This document shows positions 20,358-30,431 of a stretch of DNA of 64,000 nt, piece by piece. This DNA comes from Gammaproteobacteria bacterium. GTDB taxonomy: Bacteria > Pseudomonadota > Gammaproteobacteria > JAJPIJ01. Where the stretch lies: positions 9,505 through 73,504 of the forward strand of contig JAJPIJ010000042.1 in the NCBI GenBank assembly GCA_021324815.1, given 5' to 3'. Every line of letters begins with the position of its first letter. Within the stretch, counting starts at the first letter, position 1. The notes beneath the pieces were generated by a model. That model had not been told where the DNA came from and made no database searches. It saw nothing but the letters and a program-made list of their open reading frames with translations. A program made the position numbers and the translations under genes.

Positions 20358-21383
20358 ATGAAGATGAACCTGACACGGCTGGCCCATTTTCTTGACCAGG
20401 CCGGCCTGACCTGGTTCGCGCCGGTCATCCGGTTGTGCGCCGGCGAGGATCCAGGCGCGCAGTTGAAAAGCCTGTGGATGCTGATCGGCGTGCCGCTCGT
20501 GGCGCTGGTGATGTTCCTGGGCTTGTGGAACGCCACCGCCGCCGGCGTGCAGACCAGTCTCGGCGCCATCCCGGGTCCGGCGCAGGTGTGGCGGGAGTTC
20601 CGCAACCTGGTGGAAAGCCATCACGAGGAGCGGGCCAAGGCGCAGGCCTTCTACGACCGGCAGCGGGCGCGCAACGCGGAGCTGCTGGCCCAGGACCCCG
20701 GCGCCAGGGTCGAGATCCGGCCATGGACCGGCAAGCCGACGTTCTTCGATCAGATCCTGACCAGTCTCAAGACGGTGTTCACCGGCTTCCTGCTGGCCTC
20801 GCTGGTGGCGGTGCCGCTCGGCATCCTCTGCGGCACCAGTCGCGTCGTCATGGCGGCGCTGAATCCGCTCATCCAGATATTCAAGCCGGTGTCGCCACTC
20901 GCCTGGCTGCCGATCGTGACCCTGATTGTCAGCGCGGCGTACGCGAGCAACGACGGCTGGGTGCCCAAGTCGTTCATCGTTTCGGCGATCACGGTGACGC
21001 TCTGCTCGCTGTGGCCGACGGTGATCAACACCGCCGTCGGCGTCGCCTCGGTGGACAGGGACCTCATCAACGTCGCGCGCGTGCTGCAACTGTCGTGGAC
21101 CACGCGCATCGTCAGGATCGTCATTCCCTCGGCCCTGCCGCTCATCTTCACCGGCCTGCGCCTGTCGCTGGGCGTGGGCTGGATGGTGCTGATCGCCGCC
21201 GAGATGCTGGCGCAGAATCCGGGCTTGGGCAAGTTCGTGTGGGATGAGTTCCAGAACGGCAGCTCGCAGTCGCTGGGCCGCATCATGGTGGCGGTGCTGA
21301 CCATCGGCCTCATCGGCTTTCTGCTCGACCGCCTCATGCTGACGCTGCAGCAATTGTTCAGCCACGGTGAGCAGCGCTCGTGA
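20358..21383 (+). CDS. nrtB: Nitrate ABC transporter permease (NrtB/NasE).
   Basis: The 341-aa polytopic membrane protein has an ABC permease EAA-like region (...[45 protein letters not shown]...). Confidence 0.9.
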   Translation: MKMNLTRLAHFLDQAGLTWFAPVIRLCAGEDPGAQLKSLWMLIGVPLVALVMFLGLWNATAAGVQTSLGAIPGPAQVWREFRNLVESHHEERAKAQAFYDRQRARNAELLAQDPGARVEIRPWTGKPTFFDQILTSLKTVFTGFLLASLVAVPLGILCGTSRVVMAALNPLIQIFKPVSPLAWLPIVTLIVSAAYASNDGWVPKSFIVSAITVTLCSLWPTVINTAVGVASVDRDLINVARVLQLSWTTRIVRIVIPSALPLIFTGLRLSLGVGWMVLIAAEMLAQNPGLGKFVWDEFQNGSSQSLGRIMVAVLTIGLIGFLLDRLMLTLQQLFSHGEQRS

Positions 21384-23148
21384 GCGGCCGTCCGGGATGA
21401 GGATGACCATGATGCTGTCACCGTTGAAAAGAAGGGAAATCGCGGCGCCGGAGACGACACCGGCGACTGCGCAATTATCCGCGCCAGCGCTGCTGGAACT
21501 GAAGGGCGTCGGCAAGTCCTACGGGCGCGGCGCGCAGGCCACCCCCGTGCTCAAGGACATCAATCTTGCCATCCGCGAGGGGGAGTTCATCGCCATCGTC
21601 GGATTCTCCGGCAGCGGCAAGACCACGCTCATCTCGCTCGTCGCCGGCCTGATCCGGCCGGATGCGGGGGCGGTGCTGAAGAACGGCCGTCCCGTCACGG
21701 GGCCGGGACCGGATCGCGGCGTGGTGTTCCAGAATTATTCGCTGATGCCGTGGATGACGGTGTACCAGAACGTGGCCCTGGCGGTGAACCAGGTCCACCG
21801 GCATCTGCCGCCGGCGGAACGCCGGGCGCGCATCGAAAAGTACATTGGCATGGTGAACCTGACGCCGGCGATGGAGAAAAGGCCGGCGGAGCTGTCCGGC
21901 GGCATGCGCCAGCGCGTGGCGGTGGCCCGCGCCCTTGCCATGAGCCCGGACATCCTGCTGCTTGACGAGCCGCTGTCGGCGCTCGACGCGCTGACGCGCG
22001 CGAAATTGCAGGATGAAATCATCCGCATCTGGGAGCAGGAAAAAAAGACGGTGATCCTCATCACCAACGACGTCGACGAGGGGCTCATGCTCGCCGACCG
22101 CATCATTCCGCTTCAGCCCGGCCCCGGCGCAACGCTGGGACCCGCGTTTCCGGTCGATCTGCCGCGGCCGCGCGATCGCAGGGCGATGAACCATGATCCG
22201 GCCTTCAAGCGCCTGCGCCGCGAAGTGACCCAGTACCTGATGGACGCGGGCATGGCGCGTCAGCAGGCCGCGGATCAGGAGGTCAGGCTGCCCGACGTGC
22301 TGCCCGTCACCGCGCGGGAGCTGCAGCCGATCGGCACCGTCCATCATGACGCGCTGTCGGAGTTGGAGCTTGAACGCTATGTCGATTTCGCCGGGGTGTC
22401 GAAGATTTATCCCACGCGCAAGGGGCCGGTGAAGGTGGTGAAGGATTTCAATCTGCACGTCCGCAAGGGCGAGTTCATCTCCATCATCGGCCGCTCCGGC
22501 TGCGGCAAGTCCACGGTGCTGTCGATGGTCGCCGGCCTGAACGACATCAGCGCGGGCGGCATCACCCTCAATTACCGCGAAATCGACGCCGCCGGGCCGG
22601 ACCGTGGCATCGTCTTCCAGTCGCCGAGCCTGGTGCCGTGGCTGTCGGCCTACGACAACGTCCGCCTCGGCGTCGATCGCGTCTATCCGCACGTCTCCGC
22701 GCGGGAGCGCCGCGACATCATCACCTATTACCTGACCCGCGTCGGCCTGGCGAATGCCATGGACAGGAAGGCGGCGGAACTTTCCAACGGCATGAAGCAG
22801 CGCGTCGGCATCGCCCGCGCCTTCGCCCTGTCGCCCAAGCTGCTGCTGCTGGACGAGCCCTTCGGCATGCTGGATTCGCTGACGCGCTGGGAGTTGCAGG
22901 AGGTGTTGATGGAGGTGTGGACGCGCAGCCGGCTCACCGCCATCATCGTCACGCACGACGTCGACGAGGCCATCCTGCTCGCCGATCGCGTGGTGATGAT
23001 GACCAACGGTCCGAACGCACGCGTCGGCAGGATCATGAACGTGGACCTGCCGCGCCCGCGCACCCGCAGGCAACTGCTCGATCACCCGGATTACTACCGC
23101 CTGCGCGAGGGTCTCATCGACTTCCTCGCCGCATGCGATCACCCCTGA
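21367..23148 (+). CDS. Nitrate ABC transporter ATP-binding protein with two fused ATPase cassettes (NrtD-NrtC-like fusion).
   Basis: Two Walker A motifs (GFSGSGKTT and GRSGCGKST), two LSGGM/LSNGM signatures and two Walker B regions are present. The start is ambiguous: GTG at 21367 overlaps nrtB, and ATG at 21397 is an alternative. Confidence 0.85.
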   Translation: MSSARERPSGMRMTMMLSPLKRREIAAPETTPATAQLSAPALLELKGVGKSYGRGAQATPVLKDINLAIREGEFIAIVGFSGSGKTTLISLVAGLIRPDAGAVLKNGRPVTGPGPDRGVVFQNYSLMPWMTVYQNVALAVNQVHRHLPPAERRARIEKYIGMVNLTPAMEKRPAELSGGMRQRVAVARALAMSPDILLLDEPLSALDALTRAKLQDEIIRIWEQEKKTVILITNDVDEGLMLADRIIPLQPGPGATLGPAFPVDLPRPRDRRAMNHDPAFKRLRREVTQYLMDAGMARQQAADQEVRLPDVLPVTARELQPIGTVHHDALSELELERYVDFAGVSKIYPTRKGPVKVVKDFNLHVRKGEFISIIGRSGCGKSTVLSMVAGLNDISAGGITLNYREIDAAGPDRGIVFQSPSLVPWLSAYDNVRLGVDRVYPHVSARERRDIITYYLTRVGLANAMDRKAAELSNGMKQRVGIARAFALSPKLLLLDEPFGMLDSLTRWELQEVLMEVWTRSRLTAIIVTHDVDEAILLADRVVMMTNGPNARVGRIMNVDLPRPRTRRQLLDHPDYYRLREGLIDFLAACDHP

Positions 23149-23162
23149 ACAAAGGAGGCGCC

Positions 23163-25646
23163 ATGAACAGGGAAAAGCTCGTGTTGGTCGGCAACGGCAT
23201 GGCCGGCGTGCGCACGCTGGAGGAGCTGCTGAAGCTCGCGCCAGACAAGTACGACGTCACCGTCTTCGGCGCCGAGCCGCACCCGAACTACAACCGCATC
23301 CTGCTGTCGCCGGTGCTGGCCGGCGAGAAGACCGTGGATCAGATCATCCTCAATGACGAGGCATGGTACGACGGGCACGGGATCACCCTGCACAAAGGCA
23401 GAATGGTCACGCGCATCGACCGCAGGCAGCGGCGCGTGCGCACGGCGGACGGACTGGAGGCCGCCTATGACCGGCTTATTCTGGCGACCGGCTCGCATCC
23501 CTTCATGCTGCCCGTCCCGGGGCGCGACCTGCCGGGCGTGGTGACCTTCCGCGACATCCACGACGTCGATCGCATGCTGGCGGCGGCGGCGCGGGGCGGC
23601 AGGGCGGTGGTCATCGGCGGGGGGCTGCTGGGCCTCGAAGCGGCGAGCGGCCTTTCCAAACGCGGCATGGACGTGACCGTGGTGCATCTGCTGGAGACGC
23701 TCATGGAGCGGCAACTCGATGCCGCCGCCGCGGCGCTGCTCAAACAATCGCTGGAAGCGCGCGGGATCAAGTTCCTCACCGGCCGCGAGACCCAGGCCAT
23801 ACTCGGCGATGATCATGTGCGCGGCGTGCGTTTCAAGCCTGCCCTGAGCAAAGTCGAAGGGGACGGCGGGGAGGTTGCCGCCGATCTGGTGGTGATGGCC
23901 GTCGGCATCAAGCCGAACATTGATCTGGCGAAGTCCGCGGGCCTGTACTGCGAGCGCGGCGTCATCGTCAACGACACCATGCAAACCTACGACCCCCGCA
24001 TCTACGCGGTCGGCGAATGCGTGCAGCACCGCGGCCGGAGCTACGGGCTGGTGGCGCCGCTCTTCGAGCAGGCCAGGGTCTGCGCCAATCATCTGGCCGA
24101 GCTCGGCTTCGCGCGCTACGGCGGCTCCGTCACCTCCACCAAGCTCAAGGTCACCGGCATCGATCTGTTTTCCGCCGGCGATTTTCAGGGCGGCGCCGGC
24201 ACCGAGGAGATCGTGCTCAAGGACGCCACCCGCGGCGTCTACAAGAAACTGGTGCTGAAGGACAACCGCATCGTCGGCGGCGTGCTGTACGGCGACACCG
24301 TCGACGGCTCGTGGTACTTCCAGTTGATGAAGGACGGCACCGACGTCGCGCACCTGCGCGATCATCTGCTGTTCGGCCAGGCGCATCTTGGCGATTCGGG
24401 CCACGGCGAGAAGGTGAGCCAGGTGGCGGCGATGCCGGACCACGCCGAGATCTGCGGCTGCAACGGCGTCTGCAAGGGCGCAATCGTCCGCGCCATCATC
24501 GATAGGAAGCTGTTCACGCTGGACGAAGTGCGCGCCCACACCAAGGCCTCGAGCTCCTGCGGCTCCTGCACCGGCCTGGTCGAGGAACTGCTGGCCTCGA
24601 CCGTCGGCGCCGATTACACGCAGACGCCCAAGACCCGGCCGCTGTGCCCCTGCACCCATTACACGCACGAGGAGGTGCGTCGCGCTATCCTCGACAACGA
24701 ACTCAAAACCATTCCCGCCGTGCGCGCGTTTATGGAATGGAAGACGCCGGACGGCTGCCACATCTGCCGGCCCGCGCTCAACTATTACCTGATTTGCGCC
24801 TGGCCGGGCGAATATGCGGACGACGCCCAGTCGCGCTTCATCAACGAGCGCGCCCACGCCAACATCCAGAAGGACGGCACCTACTCGGTGGTGCCGCGCA
24901 TCTGGGGCGGCATCACCAGCCCGCAGCAGTTGCGCGCCATCGCCGACGTCGCCGAGAAATACCGGGTGCCGACGGTGAAGATCACCGGCGGCCAGCGCAT
25001 CGATCTCCTGGGCGTGAAGAAGGAGGACCTGCCGAAGGTGTGGGGCGATCTCGCTGAAGCGGGCTTCGTCTCCGGCCATGCCTACGGCAAGGCGCTGCGC
25101 ACGGTCAAGACCTGCGTCGGCTCCGAGTGGTGCCGCTTCGGCACGCAGGACTCGACCACCATGGGCATCCGGCTGGAGAAAATGACCTGGGGCGCGTGGA
25201 CGCCGCACAAGGTCAAAATGGCGGTGTCCGGCTGCCCGCGCAACTGCGCCGAGGCCACCATCAAGGACTTCGGCGTGGTCGCCGTGGATTCCGGCTGGGA
25301 ACTGCACGTCGGCGGCAACGGCGGCGTCAAGGTGCGCGCCACCGATCTGTTGTGCAAGGTGGAAACCATGGAGGAGGTGGAGGAATACTGCGCCGCCTTT
25401 CTGCAGCTCTACCGCGAGGACGCGCGCTATCTCGAGCGCACCGCGCCCTGGATCGAGCGCGTGGGGCTTGAATTCGTCAGGAAATCCATCGTTGACGATG
25501 AGGAAAACCGCCGGCGCCTGGCGGCGCGGTTCCGCGATTCGCAGCAGCACGCGCAAAAGGATCCCTGGGCCGAGCGCGCCGCCGGCGTGCAGCGCCAGGA
25601 ATTTGCGCCGCTCAAGACCGTTCCGGCAGTCCGCGCGGTCGCGTAA
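23163..25646 (+). CDS. nirB: Assimilatory nitrite reductase [NAD(P)H] large subunit.
   Basis: The 827-aa protein has an FAD/NAD fold at the N-terminus (KLVLVGNGMAGVRTLEELL), BFD-like [2Fe-2S] Cys pairs, and siroheme/[4Fe-4S] cysteine clusters (..KTCVGSEWCRFG.. and ..SGCPRNCAEA..). An RBS (AAAGGAGG) precedes the ATG at 23163. The upstream in-frame extension to 22638 is an artefact. Confidence 0.9.
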   Translation: MNREKLVLVGNGMAGVRTLEELLKLAPDKYDVTVFGAEPHPNYNRILLSPVLAGEKTVDQIILNDEAWYDGHGITLHKGRMVTRIDRRQRRVRTADGLEAAYDRLILATGSHPFMLPVPGRDLPGVVTFRDIHDVDRMLAAAARGGRAVVIGGGLLGLEAASGLSKRGMDVTVVHLLETLMERQLDAAAAALLKQSLEARGIKFLTGRETQAILGDDHVRGVRFKPALSKVEGDGGEVAADLVVMAVGIKPNIDLAKSAGLYCERGVIVNDTMQTYDPRIYAVGECVQHRGRSYGLVAPLFEQARVCANHLAELGFARYGGSVTSTKLKVTGIDLFSAGDFQGGAGTEEIVLKDATRGVYKKLVLKDNRIVGGVLYGDTVDGSWYFQLMKDGTDVAHLRDHLLFGQAHLGDSGHGEKVSQVAAMPDHAEICGCNGVCKGAIVRAIIDRKLFTLDEVRAHTKASSSCGSCTGLVEELLASTVGADYTQTPKTRPLCPCTHYTHEEVRRAILDNELKTIPAVRAFMEWKTPDGCHICRPALNYYLICAWPGEYADDAQSRFINERAHANIQKDGTYSVVPRIWGGITSPQQLRAIADVAEKYRVPTVKITGGQRIDLLGVKKEDLPKVWGDLAEAGFVSGHAYGKALRTVKTCVGSEWCRFGTQDSTTMGIRLEKMTWGAWTPHKVKMAVSGCPRNCAEATIKDFGVVAVDSGWELHVGGNGGVKVRATDLLCKVETMEEVEEYCAAFLQLYREDARYLERTAPWIERVGLEFVRKSIVDDEENRRRLAARFRDSQQHAQKDPWAERAAGVQRQEFAPLKTVPAVRAVA

Positions 25647-25668
25647 TTGCGCGTGGAGTCGAAACAAC

Positions 25669-25725
25669 CCCTCTCCCCGGGACCTGCCTTGGGCGGCGTC
25701 GAAGGGGGAGGGGAAGGGTGGGGGG
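25669..25725. repeat. GGGAGAGGG-type palindromic REP-like element copy (G-rich) in the nirB-nirD spacer.
   Basis: CCCCTCTCCCCgggacctgccttgggcggcgtcgaaGGGGGAGGGGaagggtggggggg contains the CCCTCTCCCC / GGGGAGGGG inverted pair shared with copies at 27751-27840, 33028-33080 and 34064-34100. Confidence 0.5.
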
Positions 25726-26097
25726 GTGACGGTGAAAGAAAACTGGATCGAAATCGGGCCATTGCAGGATATCCCGCGGCTGGGCGCGCGGGTGGTGCGC
25801 ACGCCGCAAGGCGACATCGCCGTGTTCCGCGCCGCCGATGACGCCGTGTTCGCGCTCGACGATCGCTGCCCGCACAAGGGCGGGCCGCTGTCGCAGGGCA
25901 TCGTCTACGACCGCCGCGTGGCCTGCCCCCTGCACAACTGGGTGATTTCGCTGGAAAGCGGCGAGGCCACCGGCGCCGACAGGGGCTGCACCCGCCGTCA
26001 CGAGGTCAAAATCGAGAACGGCCGCATCCTGTTGCGGCTGGCCGCGGCGCACGGCGCCGGACCGGCGGCGGAGCCACGTTGCGCCTCCGCGCGGTAG
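25726..26097 (+). CDS. nirD: Nitrite reductase small subunit (Rieske-like).
   Basis: ...AVFRAADDAVFALDDRCPHKGGPLSQGIVYDRRVACPLHNWVISLESGEA... carries the CPH...CPLH Rieske-type motif of NirD. The start is a GTG after GAAGGGGGAGGGG. Confidence 0.8.
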   Translation: MTVKENWIEIGPLQDIPRLGARVVRTPQGDIAVFRAADDAVFALDDRCPHKGGPLSQGIVYDRRVACPLHNWVISLESGEATGADRGCTRRHEVKIENGRILLRLAAAHGAGPAAEPRCASAR

Positions 26098-26103
26098 CTT
26101 GAA

Positions 26104-28866
26104 ATGAGTGCCACAGCCGTCGCCACCACGTGCCCTTACTGCGGGGTGGGCTGCGGCGTTCTGGCCGAGCGCCGGCCGGACGGCGGCTGGCGGGTGCGCG
26201 GCGATCCGGACCATCCCGCCAATGCCGGCCGGCTGTGCTCCAAGGGCGCGGCGCTGGCGGAAACCCTGGACCTCGAGGACCGGCTGCTGCATCCCGAGCT
26301 GCGCGGGCGGCGCGTGTCATGGAATGTCGCGCTCGATCACGTCGCCGCGGAGTTCAAGCGCATCATCCAGGCGCACGGCCCGCAGGCCGTGGCCTTCTAT
26401 GTCTCCGGCCAGCTATTGACCGAGGATTATTACGTCGCCAACAAGCTGATGAAAGGCTACCTCGGCGCCGCCAACATCGACACCAACTCGCGGCTGTGCA
26501 TGTCCTCCAGCGTGGCCGGCCACCAGCGCGCCTTCGGCGCCGACGCGGTGCCGTGCAGCTACGCCGATCTGGAACTGGCCGATCTGCTGGTGCTGGTCGG
26601 CTCCAACGCCGCCTGGTGCCATCCGGTGCTGTGGCAGCGCATGTTGGAGTCACGCCGCGCCCGGCCGGAGGTGAAGATTGTCGTCATCGATCCACGCCGC
26701 ACCGCCACCGCCGCCGAGGCGGATTTGTTTCTGCCCCTCCGCTCCGGCACGGACACGATGCTGTTCAATGGCCTGCTGCACCACTTGAACCGGGAGTCGG
26801 CGCTCAACTGGAGTTTTCTCGAGCATCGCACCGAGGGCTACGCGGCGGCTTTCGCCGCCGCCCGCGACAGCGCGCCGTCGATCCCGGCGGTGGCCGCGGC
26901 CTGCGGACTGGACGCGGAGGACGTGGCACGGTTCTACCGCATGTTCACGCGCACCGAACGGGTGGTCACCTGCTATTCCCAGGGCGTCAACCAGTCCTCC
27001 AGCGGCACCGACAAGGTCAACAGCATCATCAACTGCCATCTTGCCACCGGTCGCATCGGCAGGCCGGGCATGGGGCCGTTCTCGCTCACCGGCCAGCCCA
27101 ACGCCATGGGCGGGCGCGAGGTCGGCGGTCTCGCCAATCAGCTGGCCGCGCACATGCACCTCGACAATCCCGATCACCGCGACTGCGTGCAGCGTTTCTG
27201 GAAATCGCCGGTGATCGCGCAAACGGCGGGATTGAAGGCCGTCGACATGTTCCGGGCCGTCGGCCGCGGCGAGATCAAGGCGGTGTGGATCATGGCCACC
27301 AACCCGGTGGTGAGCCTGCCCGACGCCGACGCCGTGCGCGCGGCGCTCGCCGGCTGCGAACTGGTGGTGGTTTCCGATTGCGTGCGCCACACCGACACCA
27401 CCGCGCTCGCGCACGTGCTGCTGCCGGCCCAGGCCTGGGGCGAGAAGGAGGGCACGGTGACCAACTCCGAGCGCCGCATCTCGCGCCAGCGCGCCTTCCT
27501 GGCGCCGCCGGGCGAGACCCGGCCGGACTGGTGGATCGTGAGTGAGGTGGCGCGCCGCATGGGCTTCGGCGACGCCTTCCGCTATCAAAGCGCCGCCGAC
27601 ATCTTCCGCGAGCATGCCGCGCTCAGCGCCTACGAGAATCACAATCGCCGCGATTTCGATCTGGGCGGGCTCGCCGGCATCGATGACGACAGCTACGACG
27701 CGCTGCGCCCGGTGCAGTGGCCTCTGCCTGCAGCCATGCGCGAGAGACTCCCTCTCCCCTTGCGGGAGAGGGCGGGGGGGAGGGGGAAACCATCCCCGGC
27801 TGACTCTCCACCCTCTCCCCGCAAGGGGGTGGGGGTCGAAAGCCGGGGCACCGCAAGGATGTTTGCGGACGGTCGCTTTTTCCATCCGGGCGGCCGGGCG
27901 CGCCTGGTGCCGATCCAGCCGCGGCCGCCCGCTTGCGCGCCTGATGAGGAATATCCATTGGCGCTCAACACCGGCCGCGTGCGCGACCACTGGCACACCA
28001 TGACGCGCACCGGCAAATCGGCGCGGCTGTCGGCACATGCGCCGGAGCCCTGCATCGACATCCATCCCGCCGATGCGGAGCGGTCAGGCCTGGTCAGAGA
28101 TCAACTCGCCTGCATCGAAAGCCGCTGGGGCAGCGCCGTCGGACGGGTCCGCATCAGCGACGCGCAGCGGCCGGGCGAAGTGTTCATGCCCATGCACTGG
28201 AATGATCAGTACGCAGCCAGGGCGCGCGTCGACGCCGTGGTGAATCCCGCCGTCGATCCGCATTCCGGCCAGCCGGAATTGAAGCATACGCCGGTGCGCA
28301 TCGCGCCGCTCAGGCCGGCGTGGGAGGCGGTGCTGTTCGGGGTCGCCGACCCGCCCGCGGAAAGCGCGCACTGGGTGCGGGTGCGCGGCAACGGCGGCGG
28401 GCGCGTGCACGCCGCCGGCCTCCAATGGCCGCGGGCGGGGCCGCCGGTCGCGGCGGGCTGGCTGCCGCCGCCGGCCCCCGGCGAGGAGCTGATCGAATAC
28501 GCGGACGTGGCCGCCGGCCGCTACCGCGCCGCGCTGCTGCGCGGCGGCCGGCTGCGCGCCTGCGTCTTTGCCATGCGCGGCGGCGATCTCCGTCCGCACA
28601 TCGAATGGCTGGACGGATTGATGGGACACCAGCAGCCGTTGAGCGTCGCTGATCGAATGGCGCTGCTGTCGGGCCAGCCCCCGCGCAACGGCGTCGACGC
28701 GGGCCCGCTGGTATGCGCATGTTTTGGCGTCGGTCGCAACACCATTCTCAAGGCGGCCAGGGACGGCTGCCGTTCGGTGGACGACATCGGTCGCGCGCTC
28801 AACGCCGGCAGCAACTGCGGCTCCTGCCGTGCCGAAATCCGCGAACTCCTCAATGCCGCATCGTGA
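26104..28866 (+). CDS. nasA: Assimilatory nitrate reductase catalytic subunit (molybdopterin oxidoreductase with a C-terminal BFD-like 2Fe-2S domain).
   Basis: N-terminal [4Fe-4S] motif TTCPYCGVGCGV is followed by MGD-binding folds. A C-terminal CACFGVG...CGSCRAEI BFD-like domain is present. The gene contains a roughly 38-codon in-frame repeat-derived insertion at 27737-27850. Confidence 0.9.
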   Translation: MSATAVATTCPYCGVGCGVLAERRPDGGWRVRGDPDHPANAGRLCSKGAALAETLDLEDRLLHPELRGRRVSWNVALDHVAAEFKRIIQAHGPQAVAFYVSGQLLTEDYYVANKLMKGYLGAANIDTNSRLCMSSSVAGHQRAFGADAVPCSYADLELADLLVLVGSNAAWCHPVLWQRMLESRRARPEVKIVVIDPRRTATAAEADLFLPLRSGTDTMLFNGLLHHLNRESALNWSFLEHRTEGYAAAFAAARDSAPSIPAVAAACGLDAEDVARFYRMFTRTERVVTCYSQGVNQSSSGTDKVNSIINCHLATGRIGRPGMGPFSLTGQPNAMGGREVGGLANQLAAHMHLDNPDHRDCVQRFWKSPVIAQTAGLKAVDMFRAVGRGEIKAVWIMATNPVVSLPDADAVRAALAGCELVVVSDCVRHTDTTALAHVLLPAQAWGEKEGTVTNSERRISRQRAFLAPPGETRPDWWIVSEVARRMGFGDAFRYQSAADIFREHAALSAYENHNRRDFDLGGLAGIDDDSYDALRPVQWPLPAAMRERLPLPLRERAGGRGKPSPADSPPSPRKGVGVESRGTARMFADGRFFHPGGRARLVPIQPRPPACAPDEEYPLALNTGRVRDHWHTMTRTGKSARLSAHAPEPCIDIHPADAERSGLVRDQLACIESRWGSAVGRVRISDAQRPGEVFMPMHWNDQYAARARVDAVVNPAVDPHSGQPELKHTPVRIAPLRPAWEAVLFGVADPPAESAHWVRVRGNGGGRVHAAGLQWPRAGPPVAAGWLPPPAPGEELIEYADVAAGRYRAALLRGGRLRACVFAMRGGDLRPHIEWLDGLMGHQQPLSVADRMALLSGQPPRNGVDAGPLVCACFGVGRNTILKAARDGCRSVDDIGRALNAGSNCGSCRAEIRELLNAAS
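27737..27850. repeat. REP-like palindromic element (two GGGAGAGGG-type hairpin units) inserted in-frame inside nasA.
   Basis: CCTCTCCCCttgcGGGAGAGG ... CCACCCTCTCCCCgcaaGGGGGTGGG reads through as ...AMRERLPLPLRERAGGRGKPSPADSPPSPRKGVGVESRGTA... The same motif family occurs in intergenic regions elsewhere in the window. Confidence 0.55.
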
Positions 28867-29105
28867 ATTCCATGCGGATGGAAGCTCGGTGTTCACTGAC
28901 GGGCCGGCAACTTTCAGGAGAATCTGATGCAGCGCAAACGAAGTGTTTCATCGCCTGCCAATTGACTTGAGCAGGCAGTTCCATAAGAATTGCCCGTCAG
29001 GGTGAGTCAGACGCGGCCGGGCATTGGCTTGCGTCGCCATAATCAACCAAAATCGAGCGGATAGGGGAGTGTTTCGGCTGTTTCTGACCGAAACAAGCAA
29101 ACCAC

Positions 29106-30350
29106 ATGATGAGTCGCGGCTCCCGTTCAACAACCTTGACCTCCTTACGCCGCACCGTACTCGCCGCCTTCTGCATATCAAGTCTCGCCGTGTCCGCCGG
29201 CGGCGAACCCAATATCGTCGAGCCCAAGTACCCCGCGCCCGCCGAGCCCCCCGTGCTGCCGCCTCCCACCCCGGAACCGGCGTCCCAAGGGGTGCTTCCA
29301 CCCCCGGCCGCCGAAACGCCTCCGTCCGCGCCCGGCGCCCCACCGGCCCAGTCCGAGGCAGCGGCTCCCGCCGCGCCGGCCGGCAATGGGCCGCAGCCCA
29401 CGGCCGCCACCGAGGGCGCCGCCGGCGCGGCAGTCGCGCCCGCCGAGCCGGAATCTGACGAGCCACCGCCCACGGCCAAGCCCGGCGAGTGTTATGCCCG
29501 CGTCAACATACCGCCCGAGGTGGTGACCGTGCAGGAACAGGTGCTCAAGCACGAGGCCTATCAGAAAGTCGAGGTCGTTCCGCCCGTTTTCCAGACCACG
29601 GAGGAGACCGTGCTGGTGAAGGATGCCTCCAAGCGCATCGAGGTCGTCCCGGCGGAATACGAAACCAAGACCGAGCAGGTGCTGGTGCGCCCCGCCACGA
29701 CCCGCCTGGAAATCGTTCCGGCGGAGTATGAGGAAGTGAAGGAGCAGGTCCTGGTGCGCGCCGGCTACAACAAGTGGGAGAAATGCCCGCCGACGGGCGG
29801 CAAGAGCAGGAAAACCAGGGGAGAGAACGATGACACGGAAGTGCTCTGCCTGGTGGAAGTACCCCCCGAGTATCAGACCGTGACCAAACAGGTGGTGAAA
29901 AAACCGGAGACGACGCGCCAGGTGACGGTGCCCGCCGAATACACCACCGTGACCAGGAGCGTGCTGAAAACCCCGGCGACGACGCGCGAGGTGGATGTGC
30001 CGGCGGAATACAAGAAAGTGCTCGTCACCAAGGAGGTGAGTCCGGCGCGGGAAGTGAAAGTGGACGTGCCGGCGGAATACGAGACGGTGACGCGCTTGAA
30101 GCGCATCAACAACGGGCGCATCGAGTGGCGTTCAATCCTCTGCCGCGCCGACGCCACGCCGGCGAAGATCATGGAGATCCAGAAGGCGCTGAAAGAGGCC
30201 GGCTACGATCCCGGCAAGATTGACGGCGTGCTCAGCACCAGGACGTTCGCGGCGATCTACGCCTATCAAAAAGCCAAGAATCTGCCGCAAGACTACGGCA
30301 ATTATCTCAACATCGACACCGTCAACGCGCTCGGCATCCAGCCGCATTAA
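29106..30350 (+). CDS. Secreted or lipid-anchored tandem-repeat protein with a Pro/Ala-rich linker and a C-terminal peptidoglycan-binding (PG_binding_1-like) domain.
   Basis: The protein has a signal peptide and a PAPAEPPVLPPPTPEP... low-complexity region. About eight 22-24-aa repeats of the type VPAEYxTVTxxVLxxPATTRxV follow. The C-terminal ...IMEIQKALKEAGYDPGKIDGVLSTRTFAAIYAYQKAKNLPQDG... resembles PG_binding_1. Confidence 0.7.
   Translation: MMSRGSRSTTLTSLRRTVLAAFCISSLAVSAGGEPNIVEPKYPAPAEPPVLPPPTPEPASQGVLPPPAAETPPSAPGAPPAQSEAAAPAAPAGNGPQPTAATEGAAGAAVAPAEPESDEPPPTAKPGECYARVNIPPEVVTVQEQVLKHEAYQKVEVVPPVFQTTEETVLVKDASKRIEVVPAEYETKTEQVLVRPATTRLEIVPAEYEEVKEQVLVRAGYNKWEKCPPTGGKSRKTRGENDDTEVLCLVEVPPEYQTVTKQVVKKPETTRQVTVPAEYTTVTRSVLKTPATTREVDVPAEYKKVLVTKEVSPAREVKVDVPAEYETVTRLKRINNGRIEWRSILCRADATPAKIMEIQKALKEAGYDPGKIDGVLSTRTFAAIYAYQKAKNLPQDYGNYLNIDTVNALGIQPH
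29505..30110 (+). repeat. Tandem coding repeats (about 69-nt units, roughly 8 copies) within the PG-binding repeat protein gene.
   Basis: Recurrent GT(G/C)CC(G/C)GCGGAATAC(G/A)A... units encode VPAEY-type repeats. Confidence 0.6.
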
Positions 30351-30431
30351 GCAGTCCCCGCGCGATACCCGCGGCCCCCGGTTTCCGGCCGCTGAAATCC
30401 GCGGACTCCACAACTCCCTTTCCTCACACCG

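Noticed and set aside
23139-25901. A 920-aa minus-strand ORF antisense to nirB.
   Set aside because: It is a low-complexity GC-driven frame. nirB on the plus strand has all cofactor motifs and an RBS.
26130-27545. A 471-aa ORF in the +2 frame inside nasA.
   Set aside because: It is an overlapping frame of a well-supported gene. Its Arg/Gly/Pro-rich composition is typical of GC-skewed alternative frames.
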